Source of the DNA: Antechinus flavipes
Taxonomy: Eukaryota
DNA: 64,000 nucleotides
Direction of reading: 5' to 3'
Assembly (NCBI RefSeq): GCF_016432865.1
Contig: NC_067399.1
Coordinates: 633,702,001-633,766,000, forward strand
In this document: piece by piece, positions 36,358-49,209 of the stretch
Position numbering within the stretch: the stretch's first letter is position 1
Layout of the letters: each line of letters begins with the position of its first letter
Position numbers and translations under genes: made by a program
The notes under the pieces: model-generated
Seen by the model: the letters and a program-made list of their open reading frames with translations, nothing else
Told to the model about the DNA's origin: nothing
Databases searched by the model: none

Positions 36358-36875
36358 GATATCTTGGGGTTTACTGGCTAAATTTCTTTCTTAAGAACCA
36401 ATTCTTAAACCAAAATCAATCTAATTCTCATGGGCCACTGATAAATTTTATGCCAAGGCCCATTTGGTCATTGTTTAAGTCCTGATTGACTTAGATTAAA
36501 TATAAAAAGCAACCATTTCTGCTTTGGCCAGAAATTCTGAAAGTTTTCTCCTCCCTAATTTATTACATATATATATATAGAGAGACTAAGTTAAAGAGGC
36601 CGTTCTTTGCCTTAATTGCTACCTAGCCTTAAACACTGATGGGGGAGCCTTAGTCAAACTGAGACCAGTTTAAGACCTTACCTTAAAAGGTCAAGGTCTC
36701 CCATTGCATTCAGGGTCATCTCCAGTGTTTCAGATCTATATCTGCTCTGGAGGGGAAAGTAAGACAGGTAACCTTGGACAGCCCTCCCTCATTTAAATGA
36801 AGTTCACTAGTGTGTCATAGCATCCCCTCCCTGAAGTCATGGTCCTTTTCAAGAACAAAAGACAAACAACAACAA
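36358..36875 (-). mobile_element. Marsupial RTE-associated non-autonomous repeat (WALLSI/RTESINE group, exact family uncertain)
   Basis: Reverse complement begins ttgttgttgtttgtcttttgttcttgaaaaggaccatgacttcagggagggg and ends aagaaagaaatttagccagtaaaccccaagata. Confidence 0.6.
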
Positions 36876-36894
36876 CCTTCTATAGAAAGTCTTT

Positions 36895-37718
36895 TGTGAT
36901 TCTTCTGAAATGAACTGCCTTCCTGCTATTGATTATTTCTGATAAAAGAGATAACTCAAAAATATATATGTATATGTATATACATACATATATACAGAGA
37001 AGATGAGAAAGAGAGAGAGGGAAGGAGACAGAAATAGACAAAGACAGGGAAAGAGTCAGACATGATGAGGGGAGCCCCGAAACTCTTTCTCTTTCTCTCT
37101 CTCTGACTTTGGGGAGAACTCTAAACTCTCCCTTGAGAGACCTGCCCCAGGGAATCAAGACAAGTGGTTTCATTCTGTTATCTGGGTGGGACTAGTTGAG
37201 TCCAGGATCACTCCTTTTTAGTCCAAGCTGGAGATGAGATTTCTATCCAACTCTATTGAGGTAGAGATTGGCTCAGAGACACTCATTCAATTCCAAGATT
37301 CTCTATTCTAATTCTAGCTCAAACTGCTCCCAGCCCCCACCAAGAATTGCCCATAAAACAAAGCTTCCTTCAGCTCAATTTCTTGCAGAAGACTTAAAAA
37401 CAGGAACATGCCATGCCAAGGACCCTCTCTCTCTCCTTGGCATAGCTGCAACCCTCTGCCTACTGAAAAGACATTCTCTTTTCAGTGTTACTCCCTCTTT
37501 ATGTCTCTCACCTATTTCCCTAACAGGACCCTACTCCTATTTACTTCTCTGTCGGGACCTGCAACTAAGGAAGTCAGCCAGCAAAAGCTGACTTCTTAAT
37601 TCTAATAATAAACTTCTTTTGTCAGTTTAACTTTTCAGGTAAATAAATTCATTTACTAAGGACCTGTGCTGATCAGAAGGGGGTTCCCACAACTCCCTGC
37701 CCTGCACCAAACCTCATC
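36895..37718 (+). mobile_element. Probable solo ERV LTR
   Basis: TG start (tgtgattctt), TATA-like CATAAAA 37352-37358, AATAAA 37607-37612, U5-like end ccctgcaccaaacctca; no clear TSD. Confidence 0.6.
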
Positions 37719-39159
37719 TGACAGAGACAGAAAGACAAAGAAAGAGAGGCAGAGAGAGAAAAGATGAGAGAGAGGGATGGAGACAGAGACAGACAAAGAT
37801 AGAGTCAGAGACAGAAACAGAAACAGAGAGAGAGAGACAGAGAAAGAGAGAGAAGAGAGAGAGAGAAAAAGTGAATTTGTTTTTACATGGTTGTTTATAT
37901 GTTGTCTCTTAAAGCCATGAAACTCCCTGAGAGTAGGGATTTTTTGTTTGATTTTTGTCCTTTTTTGTATCACTAGAACTTGCATGCTGCCTGGCACATA
38001 GTAAGCTCTGTGTGTCCGACCTACTAGAATGGGAGCTCACCCTTTCTTTCCTCTTTTCTTCTCTGTCTCTGTCTAGCTCTATCTCTGTAAAAAGCAAAGC
38101 CATTAGACAATATTGATTTGTCTTGATGACAATTTCATTCTTCAAAAGGAAGAGGAAGAGATAAGGGAAATGATTATATTAGACCTAATTCTCATTAACT
38201 AGGTGAAATTGGTTGCCAAAGTAGAAATGACAGGAACCTGGGGATAAAGTGACTACTTTATCTCAGAGCTCATGATAGAAAAGGAAGGGCAATCTAAAGG
38301 CCTGATATATACCCTAGATTTGGGGAAGCCTTAAGAAAAGGGATAGGTAGGGTTCCATGGCCTAAAATTTGTCAGAGAAGTTAGCTCATTAACAATAGGC
38401 TGTTTTTAGTAATGAACTTTTGACATGACAAAAGCAGCTGATTCCCGTAATGAAGAAAAGGGAGAGCTGACCAAAGATGATGATTTGGCTACATTGATCA
38501 ATCAGGGGATAGTGTAGGGACAGACCGGCCCAAGGACAGACTATGTTTGGCTGATACAAGTCCCTCACGTGGGAGAAGCTAGACGGCTTCCTTCCTTCTG
38601 GGGGTCTGGTGATGATGTATAACAAAAGGAAGAACTACAGAGAGATACTGGAGCACGCATCAGCTTTCTGTAGCTGGTTTTGGTTGCCTAAGCATATGGT
38701 GAATAAGAGGCTCCTCAATTGGCTGTGGGGTCATTCAGAAAGCTGGGAGTCAGGCTCTTTCTCTTCAGCTTCAGTCTGGTGCTTTGATTCTCTCCATGGT
38801 ATCCAGTGAGAGATAATGTTCAAAGGGGAAAGACCTGGGGACATTTTCCCCCTTTGAGGACATGTGGCTCTTTAATATAAGCCATAGTCCTAAACTTCTG
38901 CATTTTTTTTTTCATTCAAAGTGAAGGAATTGGAATCTTCAACCCTGTGAATTCCAAAAGGTGAGGAGTATGAGAGTCTAGAGATTCTGCTATTATAGCG
39001 TTCCACTCTCTCGTTTTTTGTAATCAACTTAGTACAGTACCCAGAAGAAAAAGGCGTAATCTTCAGGATTTCAGCTAGTGATAGCTGAATCTGTGACTCA
39101 TTGGCACTAATGCTATATCTAGACATGAATGTGGAAGATCCGATATTATGTAGAAGCTA

Positions 39160-39300
39160 AGTTAATTTGTTTGTTTGCTTGTTTTTTGCTGAGGCAAATG
39201 GGGTTAAGTGACTTGTCCAGGGTCACACAGTTAGGAAGTGTTAAGTATCTGAAGCCAGATTTGAACTTGGGTTTTCCTGACTTAAGGGCTGGTGCTCAGA
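39160..39300 (-). mobile_element. WSINE1-like SINE
   Basis: ttttgctgaggcaaatggggttaagtgacttgtccagggtcacacagttaggaagtgttaagtatctgaagccag. Confidence 0.8.
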
Positions 39301-41329
39301 AGCTATGTTAATAATGAGTCCACATCCACCAGTGCCAAAATGAGATGGGCAGACGAATATACCCAAGGTTTTAGAGCTGGTGGTCATATTTCTACTTTTG
39401 TTCTTGTCTTCGAAGTAAACACCCTGCTAATTTATGTTGAATGACTAAATGATACTGAAATCTAACAGTAATGGAGGAAAAGGAGTTCAAACTGATAGAA
39501 ATGGGTTAGAGACACCAAAAATGCCTCAGTTTAACCCTATCTTAAGGAGAAAGTGTGGCAGATTCCAGTCTGGGAGGGAAAGACCAGAGCAAACTGCCAA
39601 TGTTATGATCTCAACATGGTGGCAAAACCCTATATCTAAAAAGATATTCAAACTAGTGATACAGTAGTGGCTGCAAGTTCAGAATTAACTAAGGCTAGAG
39701 ATTAATACTTAAGATACCATCACCAACCACCACCATTACCAACACACACACATAGCTTAGCTCTTTGTGGCTAACAATGATTTCTTCTTAATTTGAAACC
39801 CAGTAGAATGTTACCTTAGCTAGAACAGCAAGAGAATTTTTCCTTACATGAAAAGAACATGTTTGGAAGCTGCAATCTTGAAGAAAGAAATAAAGATGCA
39901 TTCTTAGGAGGATAATATTTCAGAGAACTCTGGGATGTCAATTTATTTGGAGAGTTACTGTACTGGCCAAGAACTACATGTGGAATCAGCACCTATAAGT
40001 GGTAGAATTTTAGGAAAGGCATCTGCAGTCTGGGCCTTAGTATATTCATCTATAAATGAGGGGCTTATACTGGAACATTTCACTAATCCCTTCCTCTCTA
40101 AATCTGCTATCCATACAATCCTATTATGATGCTCAGTCTTAAATCTATGATGGTATTTCTTACTTCCCTTTTACTTCAAACTGTGTTTACTTTAGGTAAA
40201 CAGATCTATGAATTTGCTTTTTAGAAAAAGACCTTTAAAACATGAATTTTTATAGGCATGAATCACATCTAATATATAAAAAGCAACTTTCATAAAATTC
40301 TGTTTACATCTATCTCTTCATTTTTTTCTTTCTTTCCTTCATTTTCCTTCTTTCATTTCTTCCTTTATTTCCCTTATTTCCTTCATTATTTTTCCTTCCT
40401 TCCTTTTATTTTTTCTTTCTTTCCTCCTTTTCTCCCTCTTTTTCTTTCCTTTTCTTCCTTTATTCCTTCTTTCCTTCTTGCCTGCCTTCCTTGCTTCCTT
40501 CCTTTCTTTCCATAAACTTTGAGAGAATTCTTCCATAATAACTCCAAGTGACTGAAGGTTTAGAAAACAATTATTTTTAACAATTAGAAAATTATTGTAT
40601 TAATATTTTTATGAGTCAAAATTGGATTTAGAGACTTTCAATTCATCCCTTAAAATAACTGGACATATAGATAATAGAATTGGGAATTGGGAGAGAATTC
40701 AAACCACGTCACAATTCAACCTCTTCATTTATAGGTGGCAAAAAGGAAGCTTGGAAAGGTAAGATGACCCATCACTCACTCACAGTAACCCAGGATATTT
40801 ACAGAAAATTTAGGATCAAGGATTGAGATTTGGTTGAGTTCTTAGAAGTCATTTAGTACAATTTCTCACTTTATTAATAAGGACACTGAAGTCACTAACT
40901 TGTATTACTAAACCTTCTAAGTCACAGAATTTTATACAGAATAATTAAACCATTTTTGCTTCCAAAGGAAATCTAAGATTTCAGGTGTTTCACCTCTAGA
41001 AGCTTCAGTTTCCTTGTCAATTAAAAAAAAAAATCAATTGGATTATAAGATCTTTCAGGCTTTGATTCCAACTAAGGGACCCCTGAAAAACCCCATAATC
41101 CAGAGCATCTTTTGGCCTTCTTTGTTTTTTGCTGTAAAGTTCTCATCTTAGCTCAGTTTAATTGAATTCTTTGCATTTGTTATGAGTGTCAGTGTCAATC
41201 TTGCCTTATTGGGATAGAAACTCCCAAAGAGAAGAGGCAAATTGTACTTATCTTACAGGGCATTAATTAGCTTCTCATGTATCAGGAGGTTACAAAACTC
41301 CATTTATTGATGTAGGTGGGTTAGTGGAA

Positions 41330-41645
41330 GAAGGAAAGGGAAGAGGAGGATAGCAAATGTAGGAAAGGAGAAGAGAAAGAGAAAGGAGAATTAAAAGTGA
41401 GGCAAAGATGGAGGGGAAAGGCAATGTGAGGAGAGGACAAAGGGAAGGAGAAGAAAATGAATTAGGAATCAGGAAAGGGAAGGAAAAGACAAGAAATTAG
41501 GAAAGGGAAATGAAAAGTATTAGAGAAGAAGGGAAGGGCATTAGGGAAAGGAAGAGAATTAGGGAGGAAAGGAAGGGAATTAGGGAAGAAAGTTGGGGGA
41601 GAGGGGAATGAAAGGGAAAGGGAAGGAGAGGGAAGAGAAGGGAAC
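41330..41645. repeat. Purine-rich (GA) low-complexity tract
   Basis: Seen directly. Confidence 0.85.
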
Positions 41646-41849
41646 AATTCCAGCCTTGCTCTGTTACTTTTGTTCATATTATAAGAGAAAATTTTTACTT
41701 TTTCTACCCCAGCTGAAAGGAAGGGAAGAAAACGAAGGACAGGAAGGGAAAAACCATGTGTGATTTCCCCCCCTCCTCCTCCGAGATCTCCAGAACACTC
41801 TTGGAAGATGCCAAAGACTCTTTGTCCTGAGACTCTCACTCCATTTTTC

Positions 41850-42560
41850 TCCTTACAATTTATAAATAGAAATTGATAGGAAATCCCCTAATCTGCAGCT
41901 ATGTGAGATTCTTAGGATATGTCCTTAATGTAAATAATCCAGTCTCCCCTCAGCATACTGTTTCTGTCAGAAGTCCATTTACAGATCATAACAGCAGCAG
42001 CCCAGCTTGGAGACTTTTGTTTTCCATTCGACATGTGATAGCTTTGAAAGCAAAGGATGGTTTTATTACTTTGCATAAACTTCTGCTGCTTAGAAGGCTC
42101 AGTAGTAAAAGTTAGTTCAAGGCCTTTTGTAACTTCTTTTGTTCTACAGAGCAGGGGAGGAAAACAGCAGTGAGGTATGAAAAGGCTGTTTGTTTACAAT
42201 CGGGCCACAGATCCTCGCCTTTTCCATGAAAGGAAAGGAAACCACAGGAGAACGAAACTACAGAGTACCTCCTGCATCCCTTTCCCCATTCTCCACATTC
42301 GTGTATCAAGCAAGGAGGCAGCTGTTGAACAAGCCCTATCAACAAAGCAATCTTGGAGCCCTTTGATTCGGCTATTCATATCTTCTGCCCTGAAATAAAA
42401 TGACTTTCACAATTAAAACAGCGAAATCAATGCTGTAGCTATTGTGATGTCTGCAGGAGAAAAGCTTTAATTACAACCAGAGTTAGATAACACAATCATT
42501 ACACCTCCTTAATCTCAAATATAAAACCAGCACCCTTCTAGTACTCTGCCACCCTTCCTT
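41850..42560. promoter_or_regulatory. Candidate conserved non-coding element
   Basis: Repeat-free; TAATCT 41889 and 42510, TAATCC 41935, TGTTTAC 42191, CAGCTG 42319, CTTTGAT 42361. Confidence 0.4.
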
Positions 42561-42586
42561 TGATTTTTTTTTTTTTATGTGAATGG

Positions 42587-43062
42587 NNNNNNNNNNNNNN
42601 NNNNNNNNNNNNNNNNNNNNNNNNNNNNNNNNNNNNNNNNNNNNNNNNNNNNNNNNNNNNNNNNNNNNNNNNNNNNNNNNNNNNNNNNNNNNNNNNNNNN
42701 NNNNNNNNNNNNNNNNNNNNNNNNNNNNNNNNNNNNNNNNNNNNNNNNNNNNNNNNNNNNNNNNNNNNNNNNNNNNNNNNNNNNNNNNNNNNNNNNNNNN
42801 NNNNNNNNNNNNNNNNNNNNNNNNNNNNNNNNNNNNNNNNNNNNNNNNNNNNNNNNNNNNNNNNNNNNNNNNNNNNNNNNNNNNNNNNNNNNNNNNNNNN
42901 NNNNNNNNNNNNNNNNNNNNNNNNNNNNNNNNNNNNNNNNNNNNNNNNNNNNNNNNNNNNNNNNNNNNNNNNNNNNNNNNNNNNNNNNNNNNNNNNNNNN
43001 NNNNNNNNNNNNNNNNNNNNNNNNNNNNNNNNNNNNNNNNNNNNNNNNNNNNNNNNNNNNNN
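42587..43062. other. Largest assembly gap (others: 4123-4252, 4262-4413, 5083-5225, 10970-11293, 15849-16034, 16071-16266, 17082-17223, 54202-54334, 55831-55967)
   Basis: N runs. Confidence 1.
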
Positions 43063-43839
43063 GAAAAGAATACTTGGAAAAGCTAAGATGGTGTCATCCA
43101 AAATATATATTTATTTTACTCTACACATTTTTTTTTTGCCCTTCTAATAGTGAAAAATAACATCAGACTGGGTTATTTTAATTGAGATTCACATAGCTTT
43201 TCTTAGTAATTTCTCTAATTTAAACCAAGGATAAATAGCTCATCTAATTAATTGTGTTTACTTATTTTTTCCAGATCTCTACTTAGCTTTTTTTTTTTTT
43301 TAATACAGTGGGTGAAATTATCTTCTATGTATTTGCATGCCCAAATAAATATCCTTTACCAGGATTTACATACGCATACATAAAATTATCTCAGATATGA
43401 AGGATGTTGTGCTTAAGATTTGATTCAAAACAGCTGAATAGCTTATTTTCCGATATAGGTTCAGGTCTGTGTGGAAGTAAATAGAAAACACTTGGCTCTG
43501 TTTGTAAGGAATTAAGTCTTCCTTCTTAACTTTGCTTAGTAAAAAGATATTTGCCTTCAGAGATGGAATTTGGCTTGAGCTTTGAAGGGCTATAGGTTTC
43601 AGAGGAGGAAATGGGGGAAAGGAATGCATGGAAAATGTGAATTCTAGAAATTTAACTTAGCCTTTTCAAGATGGATGGAAGTCAAAGATGATTCAGCTTA
43701 TTGGTCTACCAAAGGAAGCCCTTGATACTAATTGAGATTGTTGATGGTAATATTTAGAATTCTCCCCGTTAGACATTTTGACCCTGGATTCAATGCCTTC
43801 TTGTGCTACTTATTCAAAGAAAAGACATACTGATTTTTC

Positions 43840-44560
43840 TAAAATGCATTAAAGACCTCATATAATCTGGCCAAAACTTGTCTTTCCAATCTTTCTTTGG
43901 GACTACATTACTAATTATTTACTGATCTTAGATAAACTTTTAAACTTTCCCTACCCCATTTGAACTCCTTCCCATCATTCAAAGTTCATGTGAAAATCTT
44001 TCATATCCATGAATCTCAAGAAAATCCTCCCTCTACTGAACTTCCAGAATTTAAAAAAAAAAAAAAAGTATGGCTTGTATTCTTATTATCCTTAAAAGTC
44101 AAATTCTAAATCCACCTCCTCTGTGAAGGCTTCCCTGATAAAAGGCAGTAAAGTATACTGCAAAGAACATCAGACTTGGGATTAGGAGGGAAAAAATAGA
44201 CTAAAATCTTCCCTGTGATATTTCCTACATCTGATTATATGAAGATCATTTAAAATTAGTTTGATTTTATTCATTATCTCTCATGCCTAGAATGCAGTCT
44301 CATCTCTGCCTTCTAAAAAGTAGCTACATCCTACTCAAGGCCTATCTTGATCCTCTTCCCCCAGATTGCTAAAATCTTCACACATGCAAATAATTTTAAA
44401 TTATTTTACGTTCTGTGTAGATTTTTTTTTCATCTGCTTCCAACAGAACTCAAGTTCCCTGAATTCAGAAAGTGTCTCCATTTTTGTCTTTATATCCCCA
44501 GCTCATAGAACCTTTTCTGACATATAGCAGGAACTTCACAAATAAAATTGAATAAATAAA
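43840..44560 (+). mobile_element. L2 3' fragments
   Basis: aaatccacctcctctgtgaaggcttccctga; aactcaagttccctgaattcagaaagtgtctc. Confidence 0.55.
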
Positions 44561-45499
44561 CAAGTGACTGCCAAATGGGAACAATGATAGATATCTTCAG
44601 AACCTACCTGGGTGGATTGCTGTGAAATTCTAATGAGATAATACACATAAAGTATTTTGTATACCTTAAAGCAATATATAAAAGTCAGCAATTAGAGTTT
44701 TTGATATCTGTTTTTTTCCCCTTCAGTAAAGACCTTTCCCTTCAGAACTCACTAAGAACTGTTTTGTAACTCTCCGATTGATTTCTCATGTAATTGAGCT
44801 GTTTTGGTGTCTGATTCCCCTACTATTCTCTAGGATTCTTGAGGACCCTGCTTTATCTAAACTCTTTCAAAAATGACAGAAAATACCATCCAGGAAATTT
44901 AGGATCAAAAAAGGATGAGAGTTTGGGGCTAACAGAAAGCCCAAGTACTATACTGACAACAGCTTTATACAATAAGGCAAAAGGAAGATAGCTAGTGTAT
45001 TGGATGGCTCCTTTATGGAGGATGTATATGATGACATAGATACTATTTGCACGATAAAGAGAGGTTGTGGTCTCTAAGGATGAAGGAAGTACCTGCATCA
45101 GAGACATGACTTTTTTGATTCCAAATTCATTTTTCTACAAGATGTAGAACCAAGTTCAGGAAACTGGGGAGGAATGTAAAGGAGCATTCTAATGAAGAAT
45201 AAAGCCAAAGAAGAAGGTAGAACCGGTATGAATACTAAGGATAACAGATATTAGATATTAGATTGTTTAGCTATGTTGGAGACAAAAAAGAAGATCAAAG
45301 GAGGAATACCATCATATGCATGCATATCTCATGGGCCAAATGTTCCTAGGAGTTCTACCATATCTGGTCTCCAGTTTATATATATCAATGGATAAAATTA
45401 CTACTTGGGAAAAAAAATGGGATAATGATAACAAACAACAAAGAGAAAAAATATTTGTCTTTGTTTTCTCTAAGGAGATTATTCTCCTTAGAAAAGAAA

Positions 45500-46060
45500 C
45501 AGGCATTTATTAAGTGCCTACTATGTGCCAGACACTTTGCTAAACACTTAACAAATTATCTCATTTAATCCACATAACAACCTTGGGAGGTTATTGCTGT
45601 TATAATTCACATTTGGCAGTTAAGGAAATTGTAGAAGAGATTAAGTGACTTGTCCAGGGTCACCTAATTAGTTAGCATCTGAGGTCAGATTTGAATTCAG
45701 ATCTCTCTGATTCTAGTATTCTATCCACTGCACCATCTAGCTGTCTGTTTAGACTGGGAATAATGGAAAAAAAAACTGCTTCTCAATGAAATAAAACTCA
45801 AAAAAGATGAAAAAAAAAAAAGAAGAAGAAGAAGGAAGGAAGGAAGAGAGAGAGGGAAGGAGGGAGAGAGGGAGAGGAGGGAGGAAACATTAAGCACCTA
45901 CTGTGGGTGAGGTATATGTGTGAAATGCTAATCATTTTCCAAATATCATTTTATTTGATCCTTACAACAAGCCTGGGAGGTAGGTGCTATTGTTATCCTC
46001 ATTTGATGGTTGAGGAAACTCAGACAGATGATAATTGGCTTGCCCAGAGTCATGACAAGA
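45500..46060 (-). mobile_element. Two MIR copies flanking a purine tract
   Basis: atttattaagtgcctactatgtgccagacac...gtgacttgtccagggtcac; second copy ggttgaggaaactcagac. Confidence 0.75.
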
Positions 46061-46189
46061 GAACCCAAAGATGCCCTGCAAGAGCTACATCATGAGATGT
46101 ATATGGTTGTGAATGTGACTGCTGGCAGTAATCTTCAAGAGATCACACAGAACAGAGGAGTGGCCAAAGGAAGTTCCCAGACCAATATT

Positions 46190-46900
46190 CCAGTTTGTAC
46201 ATGGAAGACATAGCAGGATTTCTCAGACAAGGGGATAATTCCAGGTAAAATCCTAGAATATGTCGTCAATGGTACAATTCACAAGCAACTAGAAAAAGCA
46301 GAGATGATAATGACAAGTAGCCTTGGCTCAGTTCTACATCATGGAAATGTTAGGATGAACTCATATTTAATGTGCTGACAGGGTTAGGAGATAAATTAAT
46401 CAAAGAAATGCAGTGGCTAGAGTCCGTCTCTACTTGATAGAATTAAGTCGTTCATTATATGCTCATGCTCATGAAGGAAATGGAGAACTCCAAAGCAGCT
46501 GATAGCATGGGTTAGATGGTTTTACAACTGGTTAGTGGATCAGACAATATTGGTGAATGGAGGGGTGCATGGTAGGTGGGAGCAGGTTGCCAACAAAGAA
46601 CTCTGCAGAGCAGGAGTTAAGGATATTATTGAAGAATATGGTAGAAAAAAAGAATTCAGCTGATGGCACAGCAAGAGTACAGGATGCCACGTGAACAGCC
46701 TGAGTGCTCTATTGGTACACTCATGAGGTTAAAAGAAATGGAAGAAGGCTTTTTGTATAGAGTCCTTGTTGTGAACTTTAAGAACATGAATGGGCTATGA
46801 GCTACAGATTTTCAACACCTGAATTTGATGATATCACAGATCCATTTAGGGATTTTAAGTAGGAAGTAGGTCCTTACTACTTAGTCAAAATGATAGGGAT
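46190..46900 (+). mobile_element. Ancient CR1 (L3-like) RT-domain fossil
   Basis: ccaggtaaaatcctagaatat...ttagatggttttacaactggtt...gaattcagctgatggcacag (ADDT-like). Confidence 0.55.
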
Positions 46901-47699
46901 CATGATCATACTGTCCAAAGAAACACCAGATCTAAAATGAAAATAAACCTAAGTAAAACCTCCTCTCCTTTCAGAAAACTTTTCTCTCTATTGAAAAATA
47001 ATGTATGAAAATTTTATTAAAAAAAAAAAAAAACTTCTTTGATGAAAAGCTTAAAATCTTCCTGAATGTCTTTCCAACCCATCTATTTCCACTTCCCAAT
47101 TTGGACCTTTTGCTTTTCTTCCTCACCATTTAAAAACACTGTTCCTCATCATACCATTTTAGTAGATTAGTTTGTAAACCACCCTCCCTTGGATTTTTGA
47201 GGTTTTTTTCATGTGTGTGGTATGCATCCATGTGCATATACCACACACAGATTCTGGTCTCTCTTCTATCAGGAAGGGAGCCTCTTGATGCTAAAAAAGA
47301 TAATTGTCTTTCTATCACATTTGGAACCCCTCCTCCCAAGAAGCCTGCTATTATATCTTCCCCACTAGAATGCAACCAATCCCAAGGAAGGCCTATATTG
47401 AGCAAGGACCATATTCCTGTTGTCATTTTCCAAGGCAGGGATTGTGTCTCTTCCTTTATACCCCCATATCTGAAATCAAGTCTTTCATTTGAGAACTACA
47501 TGGTAGGAGGAAGAATAAAGAATAAAGAAAGCTGAAGACAAAGGGGAAGAGAATATGGCAAATTTTCATCCATTGGACTCCACTGCATGGTTCTAGCCAA
47601 GACTAAGCCAGTCCCCCTCACTGAAAGGAAGGACTTAGACTTCCTTTCTAAAATGTCCTGGGAACCAGCTCAACTTAGAAATGGTTGGCTTAGTAAATG

Positions 47700-48240
47700 C
47701 CTACAAGGGCCATGCAGCTAACTACATTTCCCTCAGAGCCCGGGGGAGACTTTCAACCTCAAACAACTTTATTTAAACAATTTCTTACTTAACGTGGTTT
47801 TTCTCATTGCTTCAAATCCAATCACTCCCCACGTTCTAAGGAAGAACAGCTACAGGACACAAAGAACAACATAACCTGTTTTTATTTTAATATCTTCCGG
47901 GTCTTTCTGAGCTACCATCATTTGGGCTGTCAGCCCTTCACTGCCTGAGGTGCCTTCCTGTGCTCTGCCGAGAAAAAATCTGCTTTCCCACTAATGGCAC
48001 TGTTCGTGCGAGGGGGAAATGCAATTTTCCACTCCATTAGAAGCACTGTGTACAAGGACCTCTTTTCCTCACTGCACACAGATAAGGTCCTAATGAAATT
48101 CCATTCACTAAGTATTACAATAGCCAACTCTGCTTCAAACACAAGTGCTCTTGGGGCTGGACAAGCAGCTCAGCTAGGCGGCCAATACAACTGGATGTCC
48201 ATGGTTAGGCGTGCATAAGGATGAAAAACTTCAGGGTAGA
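47700..48240. promoter_or_regulatory. Candidate conserved non-coding element with ZNF143/THAP11-like motif
   Basis: ACTACATTTCCC 47721-47732; about 9 CpGs; repeat-free. Confidence 0.35.
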
Positions 48241-49181
48241 CAAAAGGAAATGCCAGAGGCAGGGAGGATCGTAAAGATAAAGGTACATATCTACATTTTT
48301 TATATCCTTGCTCCATGTGTAATTTAGGATTGGTGAAAATTACATGCATTTGAAAATAGCTTTTTGGGGGTAGAGGAAGGGTATATTGCCCTTGAGGAAA
48401 TCAAACTTGAATGGATCCCATGTCAAAGGCTTCAATTCCTATAGGGTCAGGTAGATGATATGAAGCCATGAAAAACAGGAAATTACATATATTGGGCTTA
48501 TAAATGAGAGCCCACAATTGACTATGTTACAGCTCAGGGTGTTTGTCTAGCCAACACAACGGAATAGTGCAACCTGACACGCAATTGTTTAACAAATGAT
48601 ACCTAGCCTCTCTGTCTCTCTACTACTACATGTCTTTCAGCCAGTTATATGACCCTAGGAACTCAGAACTCTCTATCATAGGACTTTACTGGGGCTCTTC
48701 AGGAAACATCCCACATCCTAGTTTTTACTTCTCTTTATTCCACTGCGACAATATATTTGTCCCCTGGAAAGGGCTCTGGCTTTCTGGAATGATAGTTAAT
48801 TATTTATTCATGTATTTAGATCAATGTTTTCTATGGTTGATTTGGAGTTAATGACACATAATTATAAATCAAGACTTTTTTTTTAATCAAGGAGATCCCT
48901 CAATTCTATATCTATTCTATATGTGAATGTGTGTGTCCATGAGTAAAAATTCATTTTCTAGAAAAGTGGCTAAGTATGATGAAAAGTATTTGAATGAGGA
49001 ACAGTAGAGGGAGAAACCAAAGTCCAATTTTCTGAAAGCACATTGTGGTCTTCTTGGACAAAAAAGAGAAAATAGATGGTGAGTTCATAAAAAGTTGGCA
49101 CAAAAATAGAAGACTTTAACTATCTATTTATCTGTCAGAATTCCTTCTAAAAGGAAAGCAATTTAGAAATTATTGACTTAC

Positions 49182-49209
49182 CTTGCTAATCATTTCGTCT
49201 ATCAGAGAG
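49182..49209 (-). CDS. Candidate 28-nt micro-exon, single open frame SLIDEMISK
   Basis: attgtttttcttacttcttcag|CTCTCTGATAGACGAAATGATTAGCAAG|gtaagt: strong acceptor and consensus donor; no homology support. Confidence 0.25.

Noticed and set aside
38425-38517. MTKAADSRNEEKGELTKDDDLATLINQGIV mini-ORF
   Set aside because: Only 30 codons, in-frame stops upstream, no usable splice sites or homology
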